From: Narcine bancroftii | Taxonomy: Eukaryota | Length of the DNA stretch: 64,000 nt | Assembly (NCBI RefSeq): GCF_036971445.1 | Contig: NC_091473.1 | Coordinates: 205,530,001 to 205,594,000, forward strand | Direction: 5' to 3' | Shown: positions 36,109 to 49,079 of the stretch, one piece after another | Layout: each line of letters begins with the position of its first letter | How positions within the stretch are numbered: position 1 is the stretch's first letter | Made by a program: the position numbers and the translations under genes | The notes under the pieces: model-generated | Database searches by the model: none | Seen by the model: the letters and a program-made list of their open reading frames with translations, nothing else | Told to the model about the DNA's origin: nothing

Positions 36109-38259
36109 AATAAACAAATCTTTGCTGTAGGGAACGGAAGGTTGCACAGATGGTGGCCAGCTGCGCTGCCTGGCTGACCAGCTGCCCTTAATGAAGATCC
36201 GCAAAGTAGTATGGGTTCCATGTGCTTTCTTAGTTCATCCAGCCGGGCCTAGGAAATGTCGGTTAGATCATCACATGGGAACTGTCGTCTTCCACGACTA
36301 GCTGGACGATGCATTTTGAAACATCGACCAAATACATTTCCTTGCAGCATTTGTGTACTAGGGTAATAGGGTATTTCTTGAGCTTCAGCTCATATCCTGC
36401 TGTCTCTCCAGCGCTTCGTGAATTGGCTTGTTTATGGTGGTCAGCAGAGGTAAGTGGTTGGTTTCTGTGGTGACTAGCCTGGCATCGACAAATTCATTCA
36501 TTTTCGAGCAGGCGAAAACTATCGCCAGTAGCTATTTTTCTAGTGAGCATACCTCGTTTCCATATCTGTAGACAGCCAAGAAGAGTATTACTGGTTTTCC
36601 GTCCTGCATTTATGATTCCCTCCGCAGTACTGTGAGGCAACGCAGGTCAGCATCACCTGTCTACATACGCCATATTAGGAGAGGACTGGAGGAAACCACA
36701 TGTGTTTCTTTAGGGTATCGAATGCATTTTGTTATTGTTCGTGCAAGGTCCATTCAATGTCTCTATAGGTCAACTGTTCAAAGGGGCTGTCAGTTCAATG
36801 AAGTTGCAGATAAACTTTCTCAAGTCGTTCATCATGCCCAGGAACAGTTGCAGTGCAGCCATGTTCGTAGGCACCGTAATTTCATTGAAAGCTCTTGTTT
36901 TAGGAGGGCCTGCCTTTAGGGCATTGCTGGTGAACATGTTGCCCAGATAGCTGTGTTGATTTACAATTGACTTGCTGAGAACCAGGTTTACATTCAGTGC
37001 CTGATCGAACACCTTTCTTCGGTTAGCGTCATGCATTTATTGTTCAATATGATGGAACATGGGTACCTTTGGAATACCTCACAAGTTGGCGTGATGCCAA
37101 AGAACATTCTGAAAAACTGTACCGACCAAACGCAGTGCAGAACGTGGTCAGTAGTGATCAGCGGTAGTCGAGCAAGATGTGCCTGACGAGATCGTTACAC
37201 CCAGGACCGAGAATACCATTGCGCTTGCCATCTGTGCAGCAGGATCGTCCACGGCGTGCATGGAGCGATGTTGTTCTTACAGAGGTCTCGTGGATTTATA
37301 CATATTCTCATACACGGTCCATCTTCATTTGGCGGCTATCATGAAGGACACTATTTGGTTTGTTCCTTGGGTGAAGTGATGAAACCCAGGTCCTGCATTC
37401 TGTGCAACTTAGCCTTGAATTTATCCTTCATTGCTACTGGAATACGGTGCACCAGACGGACTACAATTCTTACCTCTGTGTCTAGCCGCATGGAGTACAT
37501 CACTGGCAGCCTGCAGAACTCGTGTTGGAAATGTTACCTGTACTCAGAAAAACGGTTACGTGAGATATCGTCCTTGGAGTGGCTTATCTGATGGACCTCG
37601 GTGCTAAATGAAACAAGCCCCATGTCCATGCACGCACTGAGGCCTAGCAGAGCATGACATCCACGTGGACCTTGCAGGAATTTAGCATGTGGATCCTTCA
37701 TTGTAAAAATCATCACAGACACATCGTGCAGTTGGTCTGGATTCTGCTTACTCTATAAGCAATAGACTGATAGACGATGCATGGTTTTACTTGTCTTGTC
37801 CACCTCAGCTTGATAAACGTCCTCAGCGTCATGAAATTGCATTTTCCCCAGTGTCGACTTTCATCCCAGCTGTGGTGCTGTTGACTTCCATGGATGCCAA
37901 GATCTCTGCTGGGTTGCCTGCCATCCTCGTGGTAAGCCTATCAACCTATTACTTATCGTCAGTTTCTCGCTCTCTCTCTGCTCTGTTTCCAAGTGGTCGA
38001 TGGTTCTCCTGGGTCTAGTCCCTGCAGTGGTTTACTTCCTGGAACATCAGCACTAGATGATGTGGTTCAATATGTTGCAGTTCCTGCAATGCTGCCCGAA
38101 CACCGACAGATCTCCCTTCTTAGCATGTGATCTCATCTGCAGTTGCCACATCTTGTCTTCGACGTAGGGTGGCCGCGCTGGCTTGGCTGGCTCTTCCTTC
38201 TGACCTCATTCCACTGTCTGTTCGCCAGTTCCGACTGTATTGCATCAATGCTTATGGCC

Positions 38260-40034
38260 TGGTGGAGGGATAAAATGGGACCCCTTGGAGATCATGAAGT
38301 AGGCTCCGTGAAAAGCAGAGGGGATGGGATAAAATTTAAACTATCTTTTTTTTCTTCGTTATTCATCAAAGAAAAGAATATTGAGCGAAATATAGTGACG
38401 AAATGACGTAGGGAGGTCATGGATAATATAAGAATCAATGAGGAGTTAGTGAGAGCTATAGGAATAAAAGATCAAGGTGGATAAATCTGCAGGTCCTGAC
38501 AAAAAATTTCAGAGGAACGTGAGGGAGGTTACTGAGCAAATAGTGGGGGCGTTGACCAAAATACTTAAAATTTCACTGGCCATGGAGGAGTACCAGAGGA
38601 CTGGAAAGTGGCTCATGTTGTTTCACTGTTCAAATAAGGATCCCAAAGTAAACCTGGTAATTTTAGGTCTGCACGTCGGACGTCAGGCGTGGGTAAATTA
38701 ATAGAAACTTTTTTGAGAGATGGTGCATATCACTATCTGGAAAGACAGGGATTGATTCGCTGTAGTCAGCATAGTTTTGTTCATGGTACATCATATCTAA
38801 CATATATTATAGAATTTTTCGAGGAAGTTACTAAAAAAGTTTGATGACGGGAAGGTGTAGAATGTTGTCTATGTGGACGACAGCAGGTTTTTAAAGGGTT
38901 CCCCATACGGGGTTAATAAAGAAGGAAAAAACATTAGGTATTAATTATGGAGTTGTAAAATGGATTCGACAACATTTGGATGGGAGGTGCCAGAGAGTAG
39001 TGGTGGAAAATTGTATGTGGAATTGGAAGCCGGTGACGAGTGGAGTGCCTCAGGTGACGAGTGGAGTCCACTGCAGTTTGTCATATATATTAACGATCCT
39101 GATGATAGGGTGGATAATTGGATTTGTACATTTGCAGATGATACAAGGGTTGGCGGTTTTGTGAACAGCGAGAAAGTTTATCAATGTTTACATGACGATA
39201 TATGACCATTATAAAAGTGGGCTGGAAAATAGCAGATGGAGATTAACACAGATAAATGTGATGTGATATAGCTTAGTCGGACTAATGAGAATAGGATATA
39301 CATGTTAAATGATAGACAATTGCGAAGTGCAGTGGAGTAAATCGATTTAGGATTCATGGTACATAATTCCCTGAAAGTGAAATCACATATAGATAGGGTG
39401 GTGAAGAAGACATTTATTATGTTAGCTTTCGTAAATCAAAGTATTGAATAGAGAAGTTGGGATGTTATGGTGAAATGTGTTAAGCATTGGCGAAGCCAAA
39501 GTTGGAATGTTGGGTGCAGTTTTGGTCGCTGAATCTTTGGAAGGATGTAAACAGTAAAGAGAGGTTGCAGAGGAGCTTTACAAGAATTTAACCAGGGTTT
39601 CATGGGTGGGGTTATAAGGAAAAGTTGAGCAGGTTGGGACTTTATTCCCTGGAGCATAGAAGATTGAAGAGTGATTTGATAGAAATATTCATAATTATAG
39701 GGGGGTAAGAAGGAGGCTTTTTCCATTGTGTATGGGGGTGATTCAAGCAAGAGGGCATGGATTGAGAGTAAAAGTGTATAGGTTTGGGGAAACATGAGGG
39801 GGAATTTCTTCACGCAGAAGGTGGTGGGGGTATGGAATGAACTTCCAGCAGAGGTGGTGGAAGCGAGATCGTTGTTAATATTTAAGGATAATTTAGATAA
39901 CTATATGGATAGAAGTGGTGTGGAAGGTTCTGTACCGAATGTGCGTTAGTAGAATTAGATGGGAAAAGATGTTCGGCAAGCATCGTAGGGCTAAACTGGC
40001 CTGTTTCTGTGCTGTAAATGGTTCTATAGTTAAA
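38260..40034 (+). mobile_element. CR1-clade LINE nested in the Gypsy element
   Basis: DGRCQRVVVEN..W.PVTSGVPQ, YINDPD..FADDT, 3' end GGCCTGTTTCTGTGCTGTA; related to 12068-14562. Confidence 0.9.
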
Positions 40035-40886
40035 TTATCGGACAGCTTTGTGCTGTTTTCGTCGGTAGGTCTGTACAGGTACATGCTGCGATGGCTTTGT
40101 GTAGTGTCTACTCACGGTCTTGCAGGAGCACCTTCCGCATATTATCGTCGGAAATGCAAGAGTCTGTAGTTTGTCACAGAACGTGCAGAACTCGCAGGAT
40201 TCCTCCCTGAAGTTTAAATCGCCGATGTCTGAGTGTATCGAATTGCCAGGCATTTGATATCTTCTGCTGAATTTGTCCCTTTCCATTGTCATATTTTTTC
40301 TGACGGTTGTAGATTTCTCTAAATTTATGCTTTAAAATTTCGCAGTTCTCTGTTGACTCACCCGGAGGGGGAAAGGTTTCCATAACGAATTTTTCTCACA
40401 CATACAAATGACCTTTCCTTTTCAATGGCCTCCATGGCCGCAATTGACGCTGTGGTGCAGACAGGCTTGTCACTGTGTGCTTCCACTATAAATATGTCAT
40501 ATTCCTGTTCGCAAACTGTGACAGTTGTTTGCCACTCTTCAATCAAATGCGATTGGGTCGGGCCGTCTGAATGCGTCCGCCATCATGGCGCCTGTACAAA
40601 ACGTTGTTGTGGTTATTTACTGCGGTAATGATTGGAAGTTATCTGGCTTCCGACGCTTTTGTTCCCACTATGTTCGTTATTGCCTGATTAAAAACGAGTA
40701 CAGTCGGCTTGTGAGACAAACCAGACATAAGACTTTACTGAACACAACCAAATATGCTGGAGATGCCAATACGCGATTCAACCAACGCACCCTCTCGCAT
40801 GCTCAGTGTGCTGTTGCGAATACCGTGGCTGCAATGCGATTTTATTGGGTGCAGAGCAACAGATGGCAGCGGCTGTCTCCAGCGTC

Positions 40887-41075
40887 GATTCTATTTCTCA
40901 TTTGAGGTGTGCCTGCCTTCTCTTATATCCAGCATCCTGGAAATGCATCGAGATATTGAATAAAATAATAAGCACTGGGGTGAAGACCAACCTTTGAATT
41001 TCCGAGACCGGTTTTCTTCTGCTTATCAGAAAATAAGTTGGGCGGTTCCTTTTACTATCTCTGACGTCCTTTTCT
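40887..41075 (+). pseudogene. V pseudogene C1, 3' portion (internal deletions, no second Cys or RSS)
   Basis: GATTCTATTTC..TTTGAGGTGTG, YIQHPGNA, ISTG, VPFTISDV, collinear with 44488-44740. Confidence 0.8.
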
Positions 41076-41939
41076 GTTCGCCATGTAGCCCTCTTGATGA
41101 GGAAGTGTTTGTGCTTTTGGGTCAGGAACCTGCATCAATTATCAAAAACTTGAAGAGGGAGTGTTGACCAAAAGAGGCGAATGGATTTGATGGGATAGGG
41201 TGTGAAGCTTCTTAGATATACTATGTGAGGACACGATGCGGTCGCAGCTCACATCGAATGTGTTTCACATTTATTTCAACACCGTTTGCCCAAAGCACCT
41301 TGCGAACTCCAACTTTCCCTTCACCAATCTCCTGCTCTGCGGAGTTTTATGCAGTTTTCTGTGGGAAATTGCTCTCGAATAACCCTTTGAGCTGCATGTT
41401 TATGGAATCGCCTTTCATATTGGGTCCAATCCAAGGCTCGAGATAATTATTTCCGTCGGAACTTGCGGCCGAGTAACCCAATATAAATACGTCCGATTTT
41501 TAAAGATTAACATCGCCTTGACACCCTGTTGCCCCGAATAGTGTAGAAATTTTCAATCAGAGATACAGGTCGTTGTTCTTAAACCAGTATGACTCGCGGA
41601 ATATTATGCTCTCTGTCCCTTAACCACGGCAGTGGGCAGCGGATGCTTTTATCAGGTTGGGCCAATGCACAGAATTGCGGATCAGAGCATGCATCGAATA
41701 TTTATTTTAGAACTTCTGAAAAAGAAGGGACTGAAATCATCATGCTCTGGTACGAAACGCTGGTTTTGTTAGGATCGTGTGAGTAGGGCATGATGTTTCG
41801 TTCGAGAAATGGTGGGATCTTGAAAGAAACAATGAAATATCAAGGGCAAAGGGAGGGAGAGAGCTTGCCAGGGAGAGACAGATGAAAAGAAGGAGCCGCG
41901 AGAATAGTCAACGGACATAAAAGAAAACATATAGACACG

Positions 41940-42800
41940 TCGAGCATAGAAACATTACATACCTCCACTTAACCACGCCAATCAAAGTGTTCCACCCACA
42001 CAAATCCACTTTGCAATCGTATGTACAATCAACTCATTCGGCATCTTGTTCTACACATCCACCACACTCTACACTTTCTTAACATTGGCCAACCTGTTAA
42101 ATACATCTTCTTTCACCCTGAGGGTGTCGTGATCAATTACTTTACTCTGAGGAAAAGACTGCATTTCCCCTGATGTATTCGTCTCCTGATTGCGTGTACA
42201 AATCGAAAACATCACTGACCATCCTGGGGTCCAATTAATAAAGTCATAGCCTTGCCAACCTCTTCAAATATCTCAGGCATCCGAGTCCTGGAAACATCCT
42301 GATAAATATTCTTTTCAACCTCTCCGTATTGGCAACATCTTTTATATTACACGTTGACCAAATCAGAGCACAACAATCCAAATAGGACTGCATTAACAAC
42401 TCATAATGCTGCAGAATTACCTTCAAACATCTCTACTCATTACTGGATCCGATGCAGGCAAATCGGCGGAAAGCCTCGTGACGAGCATATCTACCAGTGC
42501 AGTGATACTCATTATCTGTACACCTCTGTCCGGCCATATTTATCAGATTCCTGCAATTCACTCTTTAGATCATGACCACGTTGGATCTCCCAGACACAAC
42601 AGCTGACTATTGCGAAATAAATTCAAAAAATATTCATCTTCCGACCAGCCCAATCTTTGAAGGTTTCACCGCAATCTTTTTCAAACTTCTTCACAATCTA
42701 AAATGGCACACATCTCAGTTTCATGCGAAAATGTGATCATCCTGCCACGAACATTTTAATCCAAATCATTGTATTGCTGCCAAATTGGAAAAGTCCCAGG
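41940..42800 (-). mobile_element. Ancient CR1 3' fragment carried in the duplicated C/D cassette
   Basis: YLDCCALIWS...ERLKRIFIRMFPGL (ORF 42244-42426); related copies at about 47200-47500, 49085-49740, 59930-60660 and 62370-63160. Confidence 0.7.
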
Positions 42801-42989
42801 ACGAAAGCCAACATACGAATTATATCACCTGTGAGAGAATACAAGTTGTTATAGCTAACAGCAAATTTCATACTGGAAGAACAGCACTTGGCAAAAATAA
42901 TATTGGCTCTTTATGAACTTTGTCGGACGTATTTTATGTCACAGGGCATAGAACAAAATTAGTCAATCCGGTTTGTGACCGGAGGTAAA

Positions 42990-43451
42990 CTTTGTTAGTA
43001 GCCTGTTGTCCTACTGATAATTTCAATGTTACCCGGGGAGTTTATTCTTAAACGGCTCCTTTGGAAACCGCGATTTTGCTTTACTGCCAGCTAGTGAAGT
43101 TTGCACACATTGATACTGGACCATATGGCTATGATTCAAAGTCTCAGAATCGTCTGAGCTGACGCCAGAGAGGAACGATCTGTAACAATTAATTGAAACT
43201 ACATGACAGCACTCAGTCAATACTCATTCATTTGGTACACCTGGTGATCCGAAGAATATGCAAAGTACCTACTGAAGACATTCAAAATTGGATCAGCAGA
43301 GCGATTTATAGATTCTCGACACAGGTTTTCTGCTGTTTATCATCAGAAAATCTGGCACTCTACTTCTTCTGTCTTGACTCTGAGGCCGAGTGTTTCCGTG
43401 TGCCATGAGATCCACACTGTGGTGGAGTATCAGAAGACACTTATAAAGACC
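42990..43451 (+). pseudogene. V pseudogene D1 with 23-RSS
   Basis: Exon from 43119: GPYGYDS..EERSVTIN*NY...FIWYT...AKYLLK...HRFSAV; CACACTG 43413-43419, 23 nt, ATAAAGACC 43443-43451. Confidence 0.82.
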
Positions 43452-43899
43452 AATACACTGCAGCTTCAGGGATCTCTCACTAAAGGGCACACTAATCCGA
43501 TAAACAGAATTGATCAGATGCAGATAATTTTCTTAGTTATCACCAAATGCATTTCAAATCTTATTTGTTTCAAGGAGATGAGTCTCAATCACTTCAATTT
43601 CCCCTTAGGTGATACGTCCCTCCTCTTTCACCACTCACCCCACTTCAATACCTAGCACAAAACAATCAACACATTTCCTCTGGCATTTGAACCTGGATGA
43701 GCATTGAACTGAAACTTTCTGCATGTCAATTTTGTTTTGCGATCAGGAGGTATCTCCCGGATTCCTCTAATCCAGTCGTATTGCTGAATAATAAAAATGG
43801 AATAGATAGTTTGAGGTACAACATAGTTTATGCCTGTTGTGAATCGCTGATGAAATGGGAAATGTGATGCAGCGGTTATGAGAAAATGACATACATTTT

Positions 43900-43908
43900 A
43901 CACACACA

Positions 43909-43962
<54 letters not shown>

Positions 43963-43997
43963 TACACATACACGCACACACTCACGCACACACACAT
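43900..43997. repeat. (CA)n microsatellite followed by a GA-rich tract
   Basis: Direct reading. Confidence 0.95.
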
Positions 43998-44342
43998 ACA
44001 CGGTCACAGCGAGACAGAGTGTGACAGAGAGAAAGAGAGGCAGTGAGAGGTAGCAATATAGATAGAGGGTGTGAGAGAAAGAGAAAAAGAGAGAGATAAA
44101 GAGAGCGAGCAAGTGCGAGCCGAAAATGCGTGGACATGGATCGAGTGCTCTGAAACAAGTAACGGGCATTCAGAAATTTCCACTGTTTCAAGTGGCCAGC
44201 GAATAGGGGACGGCGGAACAGCCCATATTCTCGCGTTAAACAAGAACCTGTGACTGATCCGTGCAGCATCAGATTTCAAATGCGTGGCATTTACAGCACG
44301 AAATTTCTACGCTCTTTTCCGTTTGGTTTGGAAGCCCTCATC

Positions 44343-44819
44343 ATTTTGCCTCTATGGTTCACGCTGATCATAACGTCCTTGTTCTCTGGTAAGTCCCTGT
44401 TGAAATCAAACTGTTGTGTCCTTTGACTGCGGTTCACTTTCAAGCTGATCAAAGTCTCCGTGTTGTGTTGCAGGGGCCTTTGGCGACGAATCTATCTCCC
44501 AGTCTCCATTTGAGGTGTGGGTGGAGGAAGGACGAACAGTAACGCTGAACTTCAGCTACCCCTCAAAATTCAATTAATATAATGCCTTTTGGTACATCCA
44601 GTATCCTGGACATGCGCCGACATGTGTAGTAAATATATTAAGCACTGGGTTCGAAGACAAGGCTTCAGAATTCCGCGATCAGTTTTCTGTTACTAATCAG
44701 AAAACAAGCCGAATGGTTCCTTTAACTATCTCTAGCGTCGTTGTCTCCGACTCAGCCGTGTGTCTCTGCGCAATATCGGCCACATTGTAGCATAAAGGCA
44801 GAAAATCCGTTAAATAGTG
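44343..44819 (+). pseudogene. V pseudogene C2 (full length, in frame, but dead)
   Basis: Leader 44343-44388 with ATT for ATG; exon 44474-44780 GAFGDESISQSPFEVWVEEGRTVTLNFSYPSKFN*YNAFWYIQYPG...SDSAVCLCAIS (first Cys>Phe, one stop); CACATTG 44781-44787; nonamer decayed. Confidence 0.92.
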
Positions 44820-45599
44820 GTCGTGGTGCCATTATGTCTGCTAACAAGGGCCATGCAGCTTCTATGAGGTCGAGTGTTTGTCTCTTGGGTCAGGAAGCTG
44901 CATCAACTTTCAGAATATGGAAGGGAGCGTGCCGACATGAAGAGGAGAAAAGATGGGATGGACAGGCTAATTCAGGTTCTTGGATGCATCAGGCGAGGTG
45001 AATATGCGGACCGAAATTCACATCCAACGTGTTGCACACCTTAGTTCAACACACACGTTTGTACAATGTAGTGTGCATTGTCCATAAGGTCCACTTCATC
45101 TTCCCCAGTAACTTTCTCGCCGAGTTGGTACATAAGGTTTTCTTCGAGAATTATCTATTAAGGGGAGAAAAAATCAGCCATCAAGAGGAACAAATGGCGG
45201 GTGTTTATGAGGGCGAGAAAGAGGCATGGAGGCAGATGGGACGACAGAGGTGAAAAAACAGTTAATGCACATAAAGAAATAAAACATACAGAGACATAGT
45301 GCGTGGAAACAATCCATGCTTCTCAAATTATCCACGCCCTTCAAACTGTCCCACTCACACAAATCCCACCTTCCAGTGTTTGACGGATATCCTCCTAATC
45401 CCAACCTTTTATCGGACTATTCTTCAGCAATATTGCTCTCGGATATACAACAATCACCACCTCAGAAGCCTGTTTTTGACACCTTCCACACTTCTTCAAT
45501 AACCAGTTACATCTCCCTTCCCTTAATTTAAACATGTGCTTACCAATTGGAACATCGAATAACTGTTTGTGTCTACCCAGCTTGGGTCGGAGTTAAACG

Positions 45600-45945
45600 C
45601 CATTATGATCTTATTATCCTAATGAACATTTCAACGTTCCCCGTTGTGCTTATCCTTTAATTACTCCTGTAGAAACCCTAGTTTTGTTTCACTTCAAGCT
45701 ACTACAATTTTTGTGCTTTGTTGCACGAGCACTCTGCGAATATTCGATGTTCCAGAATTGTTTGAGCTGATGCGAGAAGAATAATGAGCTGTAACACTGA
45801 ACGGCAGTTACCTGGAGGCGGTCAGTGATGACACTGACATTTGATACATCCCATGATTCAAAGAATAGTTGAAATAGTTGAAAAAGTCTTGTGAAGATAT
45901 TCAGCACTGGATCGGCAGAGATATCTCTAGATTCTGGTACATTAT
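45600..45945 (+). pseudogene. 3'-truncated V pseudogene related to the D/C families
   Basis: Leader-like LIILMNISTFP; exon from about 45727: ELMREE**AVTLNGSY...I*YI; AAGATATTCAGCACTGGATCGG matches 47944-47965. Confidence 0.68.
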
Positions 45946-46079
45946 TTGGACTAACCAAAGGGTTGAATGGCCATACTGGATCTCATTCAAGTGGCGGGCC
46001 TCTCGGTGGATGAGCACTTAGGTGAAAGTTGCCACAACTCCCTGAGCTTTAGCATAGTTATGGGCAAAGATAACATCAG

Positions 46080-47090
46080 AAAAAATGGAAAAGTGTTTAA
46101 TTGGGTAAGGTTTAATTAGGTAGGTTTGAGACAGCAATTTGCGGAAGTAATTTGGATATAAATGTTCAAAGGTGAAAGTGCAGAATTACTCATAAAAGTT
46201 TCAGGATATGTTTAACCCAATGGGAGTAAATGTGAGTAAAAATGATCCGAGTTTGATTAAATATGTGAGGTAGCGATTCAAGAGGAGGAAGGAAGCAGGT
46301 ATTAGTTACAGGAATCAGGAATTGCTTATGAGAAGTAGATGTTAGTCAGGAAGAATCTTAAGAAAATTGTTAGGAGAGGTCGAAGGGAGCATGAGAAGGC
46401 TGTGGCATCAGGATTGAAGAGAACCCAAGGCGTTGTATGTGTACATGAAGCAAAGAAGGATGACGACAATGAACGTGGGGGCCTTTAAAAGATAAAGGAG
46501 GCAAAATGTGCCTGGAGACGGAGTAACCCGAGAAAGTCTTATATCAATGGTTCCCGACTTTTAAATTTCCACTCACGTACCACTTTATGTAATCCTTATG
46601 ACATAGGTGCTGTGTGGTAGTGAGGGAGTGTATAATGTGGAATGTGGGTGGGAAGAAATAGTTTGAAAACCACTATTTTAATCGTACCTCATTGTCACGT
46701 TATGTGTACGGTTTCATAACACCAAAGGACAATGATAATTTTTCTCAAGCAAAATATTTTAGTTACAATTGGGTTTGGACCAGTATTTCTCAGTCTTCCC
46801 TTCCCACTCACATACCATTTTACGCAATTCCTTACTAATCATAGAGCACTTATGGCAGGGCGACGACTTAAAGTAGTAAGTGGAAGGAAAATGTTCGAGA
46901 ACCACTGTCTTAAATTAATAATTTCCTCCAATATTCAAAAGATAAATGAACGCAGATCAGTGTCTGGTCGCAATTGAACCGGTCTGTATTCTGCACAATG
47001 TTGAGATTAAGGAAGAGGAGGTGTTAGATTGTCCTAAAAAAATATTCAAATTGTTGAGTCCACTGCACCACGTGCGATACACCTAATTTG
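46080..47090 (+). mobile_element. Old CR1 ORF2 fragment (EN-RT linker) interrupted by a MITE
   Basis: IEENPR..Y.YMKQRR..VG-like segment resembling the KINPKGF..IKSKR..KIGPL region of the 12-14.5 kb CR1. Confidence 0.6.
46545..46907. mobile_element. Composite hAT MITE: two inverted copies of the 19020-19150 unit around a spacer
   Basis: Arms at about 46545-46674 and 46781-46907; outer TIRs CAATGGTTC / GAACCACTG; 8-bp TSD TCTTATAT / TCTTAAAT. Confidence 0.85.
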
Positions 47091-47659
47091 CTGTAGCCGC
47101 ATCGACGTTTTATACAACTGCAAAGTCCCTTTCGAATTTGTACAGAACTCTATAACTGATGCAGGCCTATCTGCAGATTGCATCATAACGGGAATAGCTA
47201 CCACTTTACAGATACTCTATGCCTGTTCGTCTCTGTTTTTAAATAGATTCCTTCCATTCACGATGGAGGCCTTAACCACGTTATAATGCCCCAAAATAAC
47301 ACCGTACATTTTTGAATGCAATGTGAAGAACCATTCCACCGCCAAACTGTTCAGGATTTTGCTGGAACGTTTTGGCAAATGTCTTCACAATCTAAAACAC
47401 CAAACTCTTTAGAATCGTCTAGATATTTTATAGTACTCACATCTATATTTACATTAAAATTATTCGTACGGATGCGAAGCAGCAATGGTCTCAGCACCGA
47501 AGCCATTCTACGAATTACCTCACCAGCGAGTGTTCAGCTAAACACATACTAGAGGAATACCACTTTGCAGGAAGCGAATATTTCCTATTTTCTGCATTTT
47601 CGCAGACTTTCGCTTGCACACAGAACATTCGAGTCTACTCTGTTTGATCCCGAAGTAAA

Positions 47660-48130
47660 CACTGTTATGAGCCTATTGTCCTATTAATAATTTCAAGGCA
47701 CCCCCTTGAGTTTCTCCTTGAATGGTTCTTTGGGTACACTGGCTTGTCTTAACTCCCATTTATTGAAGATTCCACGATATGTTTAGAAACATGGGAGATA
47801 TTTCAACGTCCTAGAATCGTCTGATATGACACTATAAAACTAAAGATCTGTACCACTGAATGACAGTTTCTCGATATTATTCAGTGTCGATGCCGTCATT
47901 TGACACCGACGTTGTTCCAAAGAATATTAGAAATATATTCAGAGGATATTCAGCCCTGGATCGGTAGAGAGATCTCGAGATTCCCCCGACATGTTTTCTC
48001 TTCTTTATCATAAGAAAAATCGGATTGGTTCTTTATCTATCTCTTTGATTCTCTTCTCTGACGCCGGGGTGATTCCGTCTGCCACGAAAAGCACACTGTG
48101 GCGGAGAATAATCGAATCAGTATAAAGACA
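47660..48130 (+). pseudogene. V pseudogene D2 with 23-RSS
   Basis: Collinear with D1; exon from 47787; FSDAGV; CACACTG 48092-48098, 23 nt, ATAAAGACA 48122-48130. Confidence 0.78.
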
Positions 48131-48908
48131 GTATAAAGGTAGTGCTTGCGTGTCTGACCAAAGGGGAAACTTACTCCGTTCAAAGGAAGAGATCAGATGC
48201 AGGTAATTCTCCAAGTTATTATGAATATGTTTCAAACATTTTTTGTTTCAAGAGATGAATTCCAATCCCTTTAATGCTCCGCACAAGTGATACATCCACT
48301 CGAATTGACCATGCACTGCGCTTGCATATCGTGCACAAAAATCAACACATTTGCCTTGGCTTTTGTCCCTGGGTGAGAATCGAAATGCAACGATCTGCAC
48401 TTCCAATTGGCTTTGCGACCAGGAGACGAGTATCCTCGATTCTTCCTATCCTGTCGCCGAAATTATAATGGAATCACAACGAAAGAAATATTTTGGTGTG
48501 CAACAAACTTTGTAGTTTTTGTGAATTGCTGACGAAGTGTGATACCGGGATTGCGATAAAATTACATACATCTTTCTCTTTCTCACTCTCTCTGTCTCTC
48601 TCTGTCTGTTTCTCTCTCTCACACACACATACCCTCGCAAACACAAATTCGTGTACTCAGTAACTGCGAGCGAGAGCGACAGAGAGTGAGTTAGAGAGAG
48701 AAAGAAAGAGAGAGTGAGAATGAGCGAATGAGAGAGCTCAGTTGCAAGTGGCCTGCAAATCATGAACAGTGGAAGCGCCGCATATTTTCGAGTGAAGTAA
48801 AGAAGCTGCGCTTAATCAGTGTCCTGTCAGAAATATCAAGTCAGTGGTATAAACAGGATTTTCTGTCTTCCGTATTTGTCTTCCCTTTTTGTTTGGGAGG
48901 CACCCATC

Positions 48909-49079
48909 ATGCCTCCTGTATGGTTCTCGCTGATTAAACTATATTTGTTTCCTGTTGGATGCTTTTCGTCTCATAGCTACGATTCACGGTCTAGCAGACT
49001 ACCGTTTCTGTTCTCTATTGCAGTGTGCTTTGGCGACGATTCTATTTTCCAATATCCATTTGAAGTGTCAGTGGAATAA
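48909..49079 (+). pseudogene. V pseudogene C3 (leader plus FR1 start only)
   Basis: MPPVWFSLIKLYLFP with the donor lost; TTGCAG then CFGDDSIFQYPFEVSVE*; the sequence then jumps to downstream-flank homology (deletion). Confidence 0.82.

Larger units (their letters stand above)
33047..40881 (-). mobile_element. Gypsy/Ty3 LTR retrotransposon, decayed, with nested LINEs
   Basis: Diverged LTRs at about 33047-33311 and 40671-40881 (TG...CA); imperfect 5-bp TSD GCGAC/GCGTC; minus-strand integrase IDSYSGWF and RT/RNase H LQLFLGMMNDLRKFI..LTAPL; gag-like region at 40174-40546. Confidence 0.85.

Noticed and set aside
39030-39070. Short direct repeats (also 5721-5760 and 26301-26335) as array-like elements
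   Set aside because: Two-copy local slippage duplications in or beside repeats; no spacer structure, and the context is eukaryotic, so not CRISPR.
2113-49079. Preferential transposon targeting of V exons
   Set aside because: Only about three exons are directly hit (A1, F, C1), and the C3 truncation is a deletion. This is too few to distinguish from chance.
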